A DNA stretch of 64,000 bases. It comes from Styela clava. Taxonomy: Eukaryota. Within the stretch, counting starts at the first letter, position 1. Every line of letters starts with the position of its first letter. The position numbers and the translations under genes are program-made. Below are positions 38,481 to 52,187 of this stretch, piece after piece. The notes under the pieces were generated by a model. The model ran no database searches. It was not told the DNA's origin and saw nothing but the letters and a program-made list of their open reading frames with translations. The DNA lies in contig NC_135264.1 of assembly GCF_964204865.1 (NCBI RefSeq), positions 12,524,001 through 12,588,000 of the forward strand, read 5' to 3'.

Positions 38481-41419
38481 CTATGAACTGGATTTTTTGT
38501 CGTCTTTGTCATCTTTGTCATCTTTCTTTTTTTTGTCATCCTTATTATCTTTTTTATTATCTCTTTTTCTTGACTGTCTTTTTCTTGGGGTTCGAGGCGA
38601 TCTTTGTCTTGTGGGTTGATTTGGCTGAGCATATGGATTATAAAACATACTTCCCATACCACCCATAGCGCCAAAACTTCTTTGCATGCCTTGTGAATAA
38701 AGATTTGCTGATGGGTCTTGGTATTGAGGGTAACTTGGTTGTTGAGAATAGCCTTGAGATCCTTGTTGGTATGATGGGTAATTTGAATACGGACTATATT
38801 GTTGTTGATATTGAGGTTGTCCCCAAAAATTGAAGTTTGGCCTTTGTGGTGTGCTAGTTTGCTGAACATTAGGTGCTCCTTTTTGACATTTGCATCCATC
38901 TGGTACCTGAAATTTTCAAAATAAACAAAGATAAATCAATTGTACCACAGCAGAAGTAATGTGAAAATATTTTACCAACACAACAATTTATACATAATTG
39001 TCATTCATTAATTTAAATTGACTACAGGTTGGCCATAAACAAATTATTTCAATTTCAATTATGAGTGGTGTAAGACTAATTATAAAAAAGTCGTGAGTAC
39101 TTGTAATTAAAGTCGTTGGAAAATTATTTAATATAGCAAAATAATAAAAATTAACCAACTTACCATGATGTATAATGTTTCAAATCTTATCATCTGAGAG
39201 AAATGTGGATTTTGCATCAGATATGGAAGAAGCGTCAAGAAAGAGTTGCCGTTAGACGATGCTCCACCTTGGAACATGAGATACCGGAGCATGGCTGAGC
39301 TGGCCATGCCTCCTTGAGCGTGGCCCATTGGTGCCTGTGGCATATGATTTTGTGGCATTTGTGGCATATGGCTTTGTGGCATGTAAGTTTGGGGATATTG
39401 GTAACCTTGTTGCTGTTGCTGCTGCTGTGGGTAATAGTAAGTATTCTGGTACTGTTGAGTAGGCTGCTCATGTTGATTTTCCGTGGAAGATGAATCATAT
39501 GTCTCAGTGTTACCATCGTCCAAACTTCTTTCCTGTCCTGGATCTTCCTCTTGGTTTTCTTCCATTGGTGCAGAGGGTGCTGGGGGTGCAGGATAGTACT
39601 GTTGGCTATTCATAGGAGGTGAGAATGGATGACCACCTGCTGTTGAACCGTATGGTGGCCCTGCCATGTTTGTACCTACTACCCCTTGAGTGGAAGGATA
39701 ATAATTTTGCTGCGGGGGGTAGAAACCTTGTGGGTTTTGTTGTGGTTGGGGGTAAGCAGATGAAGGGTATCCATTCATTTGTGGGAATCCACCTTGAAAC
39801 TTTTGTGCTTGAAGGTTTTGTGCCAGCATTTGGAATCTCATCATATCAGACTGAGAATTTTGGCTTCCGGTGGGGTAGGATGGTGCTTGTTGCTGGTTTG
39901 ACGGATAATAGCCTTGCTGTCCTTGGAATTGCATCATAGGATTATATTGATGAGATTGTCCAGCACTGTAATACTGAGCAGCACCTCCCATACCGTATCC
40001 GTTGCCAGCGTTTCCAATCTCTCCAGATCTAACTTTAGTTTGGGCCTTTGGTTTGTTTTCGTCACTGTCATCATCAACATGTCCAACTTCTCCGGTCCTG
40101 GCTTGTGGTTGATAATGTTGGAATTGCTCGAAGTTGCTTGGATATTGCTGGCCTCCAGTGTACTGAGATCCGTATTGGTTTGTTTGCTGCTGCTCTTGTG
40201 GTTGCTGATAGACTGTTGATACTCTCAGTCCTTCAGAATTATAAACAATGAAGTAATTTCTTTCAATTCTATACTGCTGCTTGCAGAATTTTGCCGAGTC
40301 GCTTTCACAATGACATTTTTCTTCATTTCGACACGAACAAGGCTGGTTTTTTATTCTAAAAAGAAAATTTAATGCAATTAAAAACAAATATATGAATGAA
40401 CAATTCAAACTTTTAATAATTTAAGCGAGAGCTCAATGTACTTAGAGTAGTATACATTAAAGTGCTATATGGCACAGATAATTATTTGTAATTGGAAAGA
40501 AATACACAGTAGTAATATCAAATTTTAATAGTTTACGCAAGAGCTTTATGTTCTTAGAGCATATTATATATCAAAATACTATATGGCAAAGTCATCTATT
40601 TTTATGTAAAAATATCATTTATTATTATTGGTACTTACGAGCAAACTTCTCCTTTTATTTCTTTAAAAGAATAAAGAATTTTTCGTGAGGAGGTTTTGAT
40701 AAGATTGGGATTGAATCTGTAGTACATTGATTGAGGATGTTGAGTAACCCCAGTTGTGGGATTGAAAATGCATTCTCTCTTTGCACATTCGCCTTTTTTC
40801 GATTCCGCCCAGAGACTCTTAGAATTTTTTGTACACATGTCTTGTTGTTTTCTAAAAATATAATACAATAATGTTAATGATATAAATAAGTACATGAATA
40901 GTAAGCAATAGTCTGATATAAACAAAAGCATGATTGCCAATTATGGCATATGAAATGAAACAGTGAAATTTATATTTACTCTAAAAACGAGCTCATACTC
41001 ATTTATTTGATATTTATGCATATATTTAACTTCACTTACGCATCACACACATCTATCTTTTTTCCTCCTTTGTTTCGAGCCCGACGCTTTCCTGCTTTGG
41101 CTACTATCTAAAAGATAAATTAGTACACACGTCAAGTAAAAAAATTATTATATATTAGATAATTCAATTTGTTTCCAAAAATTATTTTGCACAGTTAGCG
41201 TAGTTTAAAAAGTAAAGACCTAATAAAATACAATACATTTGATAACGAAATCCGAATTTGCAACTAGCAGACATTCAGTAACTTATTTAGATATATCTAT
41301 ATATTTACTGCATAAAAACAAAGCAACATAAAAAATTGTCTTACCTCAAAAGGGGAATTAGCATTGCAAATTCCAAATAACGCCAGAAAGAGCGCAAAAA
41401 CAATTATTTTCTTCATCAT
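38481..41419 (-). CDS. Gene E: 657-aa secreted cystine-knot family member with a large Q/P/Y/G-rich insertion and a K/D-rich tail
   Basis: Exons 41419-41345, 41107-41040, 40851-40639, 40355-39164, 38906-38481; phases 0,2,2,0; all GT-AG; total 1974 nt. Signal peptide MMKKIIVFALFLALFGICNA, basic site GKRRAR, CAKREC, EVC|S, FCKQQY, and a last exon starting VPDGCKC. Confidence 0.9.
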
Positions 41420-42542
41420 CTTCAATAAAATCGTATTCAATTCAAAATTAAGAAACTTTTAGTATATTCTTATATATCAGTCAATTTGAAACTGATTTGA
41501 ATACAAATCCCGAATCCTTATATACTAACAGCCTTGTCACGTTTGTGCGTCATAAAAATAATTATTAGATGTTTGTCGTTGATATTGGAAATTTAGACCC
41601 AGTATTAAAACTTGATTGTGTACGTCAATACCGTGCTAATTGGTCAATTAAATCAATGTCCCACGGTTGTGCGCGCTAGTGATTGGTCATATCATTTTCC
41701 AATAATTTCTAATGATTAAACTGTATAATTTCTGCAAAATCATTTACAAAACACAACATAAGCAATAAGGAAAATGGAACGGGTAACGCAGGTCACCGAA
41801 GATATATTTTATTTAGTTAACCTAACTCAGTCTTAGAGTTTCACAATTTGACATTGTTTTATCATCATTGTTTTTATTGCCATCAAATTTCTTTGTTTCA
41901 ACTTTTAATGATTGTGGTTTCTTGTGGTTTTCGACCACACTGATCGTGATTAAGTTTGAACAAATATGAAAATTGTAACGTATGTAAAGAATTTTGGCAC
42001 CTGCATCGAAAACACCCCTATTTGGAATCATTATATTTGAAGTTTAATTTCTATCAAACCGTTTTACTTGAATATTTGTTTTAATTAAATACCAATGATA
42101 CATTTTTCAAATGAGACGGCATTTGAATCATTAACGGCACAAAATGCTTGGTCGGCATTGCGTTTTTTTTTCTCAACTGCTTGAGTGGCACTTTAGGATT
42201 ATTGGACACGAAATGGACCAAGGGATCGTTTTGTTGTTATGTTGTTGTCAACAAAAATTCTCTTTACCTACTTGACTAACTTGACTTTAGTGGTTAATGA
42301 TTATTGTTGTCGCTAGAGGGCTAGCAATTCTATTTATTTCAAAAATTTCTGTGAGATTTTGTGTGAAGATGGCATTAAAATGAAAAATTGCGCACCTAGT
42401 GGCGGTTCCGCATTCGCTTTCTGGGCACTTTATTACTTGTTAATTGTTTGAAACTGTTTGCACACATTTTTCCAATTTATTAATTTTATACAGAATCGCT
42501 TCAATTAAAAGGGAATTTTCTAGCTAAAACTTGGAAAATCTT

Positions 42543-45500
42543 TGGTTGGTATGAAGCCACGAGAAAGTACTGAAGCTTGGAAAGTTACAAAACGGGTACT
42601 CCGAGATTTATCTTAAATTCTATTGAATCCATTGATCCATTGATTGGATCCATGAATAGGAAGCATTCAATTCACCAAGAGCAAACAAACAAAAGTTTGC
42701 GGGCGAATCCATTGTTTTAAAGAGAACACACAGAAGACATGTAAATTGCTCTCAATCAATTTACACTAATTTTTATCGCAACTCAAATGAAATATATTTT
42801 GTATTTAATAAATTTCTATTTCAAAATGGAAAAATAGCAATTCAAACAGCAACCTATACAAGTTTAAAATACAATTCATTGGGTATATTTTATGTCGCAA
42901 TGTTGAAATGAAATTTTTCTCGACAAATTTTATTCGAATTTTTGACGTACTCTGGCGCCTTATCCATTTTTTGACGCAACTAAAAATTTATTTCAGAAAA
43001 TTAAAATTTTTGTAATTTTTATGTAGAAATTAACAACAGTAATTTGTAGGAAAAGATTTTTTAATGATTAGAAATTATTTGAATTAACATAATCAGAAAT
43101 AAAAAAATTTATGGTGTTGTAAATTAGGTCGTATTAAAAAGAATTCGAGAGTAATTCAATATCTTAGTTTTTAGATTTTTCCTAGTAAAAAAGTATTGTA
43201 TCTTTTTCTAATACTAGTAGAAAATAATATACTAATGTAAAATTTTAGTTAAACTTACATCTAGTTTTAGTAATTGTAATTACATATTTTCCATTGTCAT
43301 TGTGTTTTAATTACATGACTTATTAGATAGCTTAATCAAAATTGTAATTGTTGCAACCCTTCAATTTCAAAATATATTATGGTTATTAATGGCTGCCAGC
43401 TTGGTCATTGACTTTGGGGTCAATGATAGACAAGACAAGAAGTCATTTTCAGTAAACTTTGTACATAAAATGCCTAATTAACGCTTTTGCGCTAACGTAT
43501 TATTACCTATATGCATCGTATGGAAGTTTTGGAACTATATCATGTAAGTAGGTCCGGCATTTCTTGATTAAGTGCGATTTCGATCAGCGTTCGGCTTTGA
43601 GTTCATAATCATAAAACTATTTTGATTACCCAGTCTGTCGACGAATGTAAAATGATTACAGTTATTTTAATTTCTAGTTCGAAGTTTGTCATTAGCGAAA
43701 ATTTTATTTTCCGGGGACTACTTGCATTTCAGGTTTGGTCGGGTTAATTCATCGAAAATTCAAACAGCCCACACAACGTTGCTGCTATGGAAATCGAATG
43801 ATATAAAAATTAGAAATCTGAGTACTCTATCATTATTAACACAAATTAGCAGATTTTTAACATTTAATATATGTAATTGAATATCGGATTGCTGTAGATA
43901 AAGGTCAATTCATTTTGTGTCGCTAATAGTTGTAAACCAACGTCATTTCCAGTGCTGGCATTGCGTAAAAAGTATATTCTACTTTCCATTTAATTCGTTA
44001 TATTTAATTCATTTATACTAATGCACGAATAAATAATAAATATGCCATTGTTGTCGAAATCAGATAAGTAAACGATCATATTGATTTTATGTTACCCCCC
44101 CTTTGTGTTTGTGGGTAATACACACTGTCTTCGAACGAATCAGCCACAACTAGTGCAGTAGCCAGAAATTCTTAAGTGAATTTCTCCCTGTGTATGTATT
44201 TAATGCACACTGTCTTGACACGAATGTCAGAAGATGTCGTTAACTTTACACACAAACTTTAGTACACTTTTCCATTGTCATATTATTATAATTACATAAC
44301 TTATTAGATGAATTATTTACTACGTTTTATATTGTAAATTGGTGTGTGTCAATAATTATATTGCCTGATTATCCGCTCATAAACTTCTAGACAGATTGAC
44401 AAAAGAGAACGTCATTTCCATTGACATTCTTAGAAAAGACGTAATAAAAGATTGAGCCATTAAAAGAAAAAGATGATGATTAGTGACAGTCACCGACTTT
44501 GCTGAGAAAAATTAAAAAAGTCGGAAAGAATAAATCATTTTATTTCTCCAGAATTAATAAATGAGTGATGAACCGTGGCCAAACAAGTAAATGAAAATGG
44601 GCCCGACGACCTAGTGGTAAAAGCGTCGCATTTAAGCATGTTGGTATCGATGAAAATCTCAAACCCCAAATCCATCACTTCACCCTGAGTGTGATAATCA
44701 ATGATCAATGATAAACAAGAAAAAAAGCCATTTTCAATACACTCTGTACATAAAATGCCTAATTAGCGCTTTTGCACTAAATTATAATTAACTATGTGCA
44801 ACGTGTGAGCGTTTTTTTAGGAAATCAAGCAAGTACGCAATTGAAAAATGAGCTCACAATTATAGAAATCAAAAGCCACAAAAAGTATTGAAAAATTTTA
44901 AAATAAAACATATATTTTTTAAAACAGAATTAAACTAAAGCATGTAAGCAGGTCCGGCATTTCCTGATTAAGTGGGATTTGATTAGCATTCTGCTTTGAG
45001 TTTATAATCATAAAATATTTAGATTACCCAGTCTGTCGACGAAAGTAAAAATGATTAAAGTTTTTTAATTTTTAGTTCAGCGAAAATTATATTTTTCGTT
45101 TAACTTCTTGCATTTCACGTTTAGACGGGTTAAATCTCCAGCAATTTAAACAGCTCGCAACTTTGCTGTTATGGAAATCGAATGACATAAAAATTAGAAA
45201 TCTGAGTATTTAATCTTTATTATCACAATTAGCAGATTTTCATTATTCAATATACATAAATAAATATCGAATTGCTATAGATAAAGGTCAATTCATTTTG
45301 TGTCGTTAATTAATAGTTGTAAACCAACATCATTTCCATTGCTAGCAATTGCGTAAAAAGTACATCCTACTAATGTAAACTTTGCCATTCATTTTTTTTA
45401 ATTAAATATATTTACTTAAATTATTGATATTATTACAAAAATAATAATAAGTATGCCAATACGGTAGAAATCAGATAAGTAATCGATCATATTGACTCAA

Positions 45501-48500
45501 CACACAAAACCGGAACAGGTTCAGGAATTTTCGAGTGATTTCCACTCTTGTGTTTGTGGTTAATGCACACTGTCTCGACACGATTCCGCCAATACCAGCG
45601 AGGTAGATGTCGTTAACCTTACACACAAATTTTAAGTACACTTACCCATTGTCATAATATAATAATTACATAACTTATTACATGATTTAAAGACTACATT
45701 TTATATTGTAAATTGGTGTATGCCGTTAATTATATTGCCTGATTATCCGCTTATAAACTTCTAGGCAGACGGACAAAAGTGAACGTCATTTCCAGTGACA
45801 TTCTTTGAAAAGACGTAATAAAAGATTAAACCATTGAACTAAAAAAGATGGTGATTAGGGACAGTCACGTGTTTCTTCATTAATCGGAAAGAATACCATT
45901 TTTTTTTATATCTCCTCCGAAGTATTATTTGAGCCATGAACAGTACCTGGCTGCATAAATTATCAAATAATTGAGTGGGTGAATCGTTGGACTTAAATTA
46001 CATTTACATCATTGATAAAAGACCTGAAACCCCAAATACATCACCCCCTCTTGAGTGTAATAAACTGAGTATGCAACGCCAAACTGAAAATATTGCTGTC
46101 CGTCATATATAAAATGCGGACATCCAGACTTAAAGTATATTTCCGCGATTTCAATTATGTTATACTGGTCTTAATTATTAAATTAATTGAGTTACGTTAT
46201 CACACGTAGAGTCATATCAGTTGTAGCAGGACATGCCGTTTTGCGTCACAAATGGAAGTAATTCTCCGTCATTTCCAGGGCCTCTTATATTGAAATGACG
46301 AATAATATCTCTTCCTACTGTTATTCCTACTTCCTTCCTACTCTTCATACGGTTTATCATAGAAAGTAAATTGAATGAAACACGTAGTTTAGATGATATG
46401 ATTAGGAAACGATTAGCATTACGTCAATTTATCGCAGGAAGAACGTGAAAGCACGTTACTATGTCCATTTTATTCTGTTTAGCACTAATCACATTAGACT
46501 TGAGCAAAATACACAATTGCCTGCAGTAGGTTTTGATTATATCCATGTTGAAACAGGAAATGGAGAAATCTTGATATCTCAATGGTTATTTTGCAATAAT
46601 AATTCTAATTTAATTTTGCCTATGTTTGGGCTTCATGAATCAGATATGATATCATTTTAAAAACATTTACAAAATATCGATTCCGGCTTTGAACATGTTT
46701 ACTTGTGTATATGTTGTACATTAAAAGAACTGTAAACTTTTTTTTTTCAGATTCTTGTTACGACCTATTATTTGCACCAGGTAGACTAAATTCGGGATTA
46801 TCGAAGACCCAAATAAAGACTTTACTGAGCATGGGCTAAAAATGAATTTAAGTGCCCGATCATTGACTGATTTAGAATTCCACAACATACCAATACATTA
46901 TTTGTTTAAAGAAGAAATTAAAAAAAGTCGTTAGCAAATCAAATACTCAGATTGAAATGTTAGACAATTAAAAGCAAATTTTTTAGCCAAAAATTGAAAA
47001 CAAAAAAAATGGTTTGATGAAGCCACGAGAAAGTACTGAAGCTCGGAAAGTTACAAAACGGTTACTCCAAGACTGCATTACTTTAAATTCCATTAGAATA
47101 ATTGTATTCATGAATGGAAGACATCTTAAAGGTGGATTCATTGTTTTAAACAGAAAACATCTGAAATCGCTTCCACTTAAATTGCACTGATTATTTTTAT
47201 TGTAACTCAAATGAAATATATTTCGTATTTAATAAATTTCTCTCTCAAATTAAAAAATAGCATTTTAAACTGGAACCTATACAAGTTTAAAATACAATTC
47301 ATTGAGTATATTTTGTTTCGCAATGTTGAAATGAATTTTTTCTCGACAAATTTTATTTGAATTTTTGACGCACTTTGGCGCCGTATCCATTTTTTGAGGC
47401 AAGTACAAATTTATTTCAAAAAATTAAAATTCTTGCAATTTTTATGTAAAATTTAACAACAGTAATTTGTAGGACAAGATTTCTTAATGATAGGAAATTA
47501 TTTGAATTAACATAATCAGAAAAAAAAAATTTTATGTTGTTATAAATTAAATCGTATTAAAAATAATTCGAGAGTAAATCAATATTTTATATTTTAGATT
47601 TTTCCTAGTAAAAAAGTATTGTATCTTTTTCTAATTTTAGTAGAAAATAATATACTAATGTAAAATTTTAGTTAAACTTACATCTAGTTTTGGTAATTGT
47701 AATTACATATTTTCCATTGTCATTGTGTTTTAATTACTGGAGTTATCAGATAGCTTAACAACCATATTATATGTTGAAATTGAAGGGTTGCAACAATTAC
47801 AATTTTGATTAATGGCTGGCAGCTTGGTCATTGACTTTTGGGTCAATGATAACCAAGACAAAGGGTCATTTTGATCAAATTTTGTACATAAAATACCTGA
47901 TTAACGCTTTTGCACTAAAGTATAATTACCTGTATGCAACGTGTGTTTTTCAGGAATTCAAGCACGTACGCATATGGACAATCACGCTTTATAGCAATCA
48001 AAAGCCACAAAAATTACAAGATAACACACAGATATTTTCTCAATATAGAATTCAACTATATCATGTAAGTAGATCCGGCATTTTTTGATTAGGTGGGATT
48101 TCGATCAGCGTTCGGTTTTGAGTTCATAATCATAAAAATATTTTGATTATCCAGTCTGTCGACGATTTTAAAAATTATCACAGTTTTTTAATTTCTAGTT
48201 TAAAGTTTCGCTGTAGCAAAAATTTTATTTTCTGGTGACCACTTGCGTTTCAGGTTTAGTCGGGTTAATTTTACAAAAATTTAAACAGCTCGCGTCTTTG
48301 CTGTTTTGGAAATCGAATGACATATAAATTAGAAATCTGAGTATTCTATTATTATTAACACAAATTAGCAGATTTTCAACATTTAATATACATAATTAAA
48401 TATCGATTGCTATAGATAAAGGTCAATCCATTTTGTGTTGCTAATAGTTGTAAACCAAGGTCAGTTCCATGGCTAGCAATTGCGTAAAAAGTATATCCTA

Positions 48501-50100
48501 CCAATGTACAATTTGTCATTCTCTTTTTCCATTTAATTCATTATATTTAATTCATTTCTACTATTACACGAATAAATATTAAGTATGCCATTACAGTCAA
48601 AATCAGATAAGTAACGGATCATATTGATTCAACACCCAAAACCGGAACAGGTCCAGAAATTTTCCCAAGTTATTTCCCCACTTCTGTTTGTGGGTTATGC
48701 ACAGTGTCTTGAAACGAATCAGCCACAACTAGTGCAGTAGCCAAAAATTTTCAAGTGAATTTCTCCCTTTGTTTGTTTGTAATGCACACTGTCTTGACAC
48801 TAATCCGCCAGTCCAACACAGTAGATGTCGTAAACTTTACACACAAATTTTTAGTACACTTTTCCATTGTCATATTATCATAATTACATAACTTATTAGA
48901 TGAATTAATTACTACATTTTATATTGCAAATTGGTGTGCGCCAATAATTATATTGCCTGATTATCCGCTTATCAACTTCTAGGCAAATCGACAAACGAGA
49001 ACGTCATTTCCAGTGACATTCTTAGAAAGGATGTAAGAATAGATTTCGCCACCAAAAGAAAAAAAATTGAGTTTTGTGACAGTCACCGATTTCTTTATCA
49101 AAGATTAAAACAAAGTAAGAGAGAATAAAGAAGAAAAAATAAATAATTTTATTCTTCCAGAAGTATCAACTTAGCACTGTACTTAGTCAAATAAGTTAAT
49201 GACAAATGGGCGAAATTACCTTTTGTTAAAAGCGTTGCATTTAAGTATGTTGGTATTGCCGATTAAAGTTCCCAAACCCCCAATTTATCACTCCACCCTG
49301 AATGTATTAATTTGGGTAGGAAACGCCAAACCGAAAAAAAAACTGTTATTCGTATATAAAATGTAGAAAAGGACTAAAAGTATTTTTCTCGATTAAAATT
49401 ATGTCATACAGGTCTTAATTCATAAATTAATTAAAAGTTACGTTATCACAAGTAGAGTCATATCAGTTAGAGTATGGCGTTTTGCGTCAAAAATGGAAGT
49501 AATAGGACGTCATTTCCAGGGACTTATATTGGAATTGCGTTAAAATCTTTTTCTACTGTTATACGGTTTGCCATATAAAATAAATTGTATGGAACAATTG
49601 ATTAAGATAATATGTTTAGGAAACGATCAGCACAACGTCAATTTATCACAGCAAGAACTTGAAAGCACATTACTACGTCCATTTTACTCTGTTTAGTACT
49701 AACCACATTATGCCCAAATTAAATACACATTTTCTTACAGTAGGTTCTGATTATACATATGTTTACAAAATACCACTATACAAATAATTGTGATCTTAAT
49801 GTGAGGGTGCGGGTGTTAATTTTCACTCATATTTTAGGATTCATGAATCAGATATAAATTTTATAATAAATCTTAAAAATATCGATTCCGGCTTCAAACA
49901 TATTCATTTGTGTATGTATATTGGAAGAACTGTACACTTTTCTTTCAAATTCTTGATAGGACCTATTTTTGCACCAGGTAGACTTAATTCTGGGTTATTG
50001 AAGACCCAAAAAAGACTTTTCTGAGCATGAGCTAAAAATGGATTTAAGTGCCCGATCATTGATTTATTTTTCATTCTACAACATACCAATACATTACATT
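42543..50100. repeat. Non-coding tandem segmental repeat X-Y-Y-Z-X-Y-Z
   Basis: X about 42543-43390 and 47010-47820. Y about 43400-44690, 44700-46060 and 47830-49310. Z about 46060-46905 and 49310-50100. Confidence 0.85.
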
Positions 50101-52187
50101 CAAAAAAGACATTAAGAAATCAAATACTTTAAAATCTCAGAATAAAATGTTAGAAAATGCCAGTGGATTCGGCACAAGTTATAGACAGGTTTAGTAAAAA
50201 TTGTCAACAACATTGAGTACAGTTTAATTCTTGTGTCATTTGAAAACTCATATTTAATTCAAGACAAAGGGCTCTAAACTCGCAAGTACTCCATTGCCCA
50301 ATAGGCATCCAATTGTTTAACGTGTTCAGTGTAAAATGAGTACCACTTCATATAGCAATCACCTCGTATACTTATGTGCTTAATTGGCGGATTAAAGTCT
50401 GCTGTGTGATATATATTATCGTTCGTAGAACAATGCTTGGAAATTTGAAATACGTAAATTTGATTTACGCGTATGACACACAATCATCTTTATATTATGT
50501 AGTAATATATTCAGTTGGTATTTAGTACATGATTTTTAAATTTGTATTTTGATTGCTTGATCCATTCTTAAAAAAATAAAAATGTTCTTTTGCAAACAAG
50601 AAATTCATTGTACAAATTAAAGTATTCTAAAATCTTATTTCACGTAATACTTTAATTTAAAATCCGAATAAAATATAATTTATGTTGAAAATATGTAAAT
50701 AATCAATTTTGAAACTCAGGTAAATATTATTTTGAACTTTCAATTCACATATAGTAGTTATCATTTTAATATTTAGTACGATAGCATACACCTTAAAAGG
50801 CTTTAAACTATTTTAAATATGTCTCAGTAATATTTTATTTTCCACAATATGTATTAGTTTTATACATGTCATATACATACCAATGTTTTACAATTTATCT
50901 CTCATATGTTTGCGTCATTGCTATAAGCTTACGGTATCTATTGAAATTTACATCAACAATATATATTTCAAACAATAACAAAGTTGATGTTTCATAAATA
51001 TATAAGTGTTAAATATGATGATGATAACTTTTGACGGATATCTCCTTGTTGAAAAGCCTTTGTTTAACTCTCTGTTCCCGAAAAAAAAATCAATATCGAA
51101 AAAATTGAATACGACGAACGACATTTAGAACATTGTCAAGAGTCACTTGAAAAATGTAAGGCTGACTATTGGAAGCAGGGACTTGTAACGAACAAGGGTC
51201 TTCAGTCATTGTTTTCAAACATCTGGCAAATTCATTTCATTGGTGTAGTTGGCGGGAATAGGTAAATTAAATTGCATAGCATGTTTTGAATAATACAAAG
51301 AAAGAATATTATTTATATATCGCTCAAACTATAAGGATCCTCCACTAAACTGGGAAATGAATTAATTAACTTTTAGGTGGAACATTTCAAGCGACGTTTG
51401 GGTAGAGCATGTTTCCAGATGATTAGTGTAGTAAATTGAGAATACGTGCAAATACGTACGAACAATCCGTTATACGGTGTAAGACAGCAGGTCAAAGATA
51501 GCATTCAATAAAAATTACTGACGAGTTATTTCTTCTCAATATCTAAACTCAATAACAGGAAAAAGAGAGCGATGTAAATAACAAACTCGTGGATGGCTTT
51601 TATGATGTTGGTATTGTTGTCCTCACATATGGATATGTGAATAGGGTATGTGATTTACTCAAATGTGTAGGTCGCATCAATTCGAATATACATATTGCCA
51701 CCACTTTATGGTAACATTAGGATTCTTGAATATCCGCACAATTTAATTAAGCTATTCATTAGGAGTTATATCCAAACAAACACCTAATAAATCTAGAGAT
51801 CTAAGTACTACAGTACTGCGAATCAGTGAGATATAAGAAAAACCAACGTTCTTCACTGTAGAGTCCTAGACTACTAACATATAGCAGTTTTGACAAATTT
51901 GTTTCATGATATGTTCTGAGTTTTTGTCAATATTCAATTCTAGTAATAATGGCGATTACTGTACATAGGTTCAGTCAAGTTTTACAGATATTATTTTCAG
52001 CGCATAATTACTCATTTTTGTCCTAGGTGTCGCTGGTTGAAAGAGCTCTTGAGGTCACTCGCGACTCCGTTCACACAAATAACGTTATTGGTATACTTAT
52101 TTGCTGTATCAGTTTATTATGCACTCGTTTTTCTGTAATGAAGATAAACAATTGATTGATCTGCAAATTGCTATATAGTAAACAAAG

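Noticed and set aside
38468-38899. 143-aa minus-strand ORF
   Set aside because: Alternative frame of the last exon of gene E. The splice phase selects the VPDGCKC frame ending at 38481.
44597-44690. tRNA gene
   Set aside because: Only an A-box-like tagtggtaaaagcg is visible, with no cloverleaf or B box. At most a decayed SINE head.
51016-52090. Separate upstream gene or firm 5' exons of the orphan gene
   Set aside because: Exon-like segments exist but their frames do not join consistently without assuming an indel.
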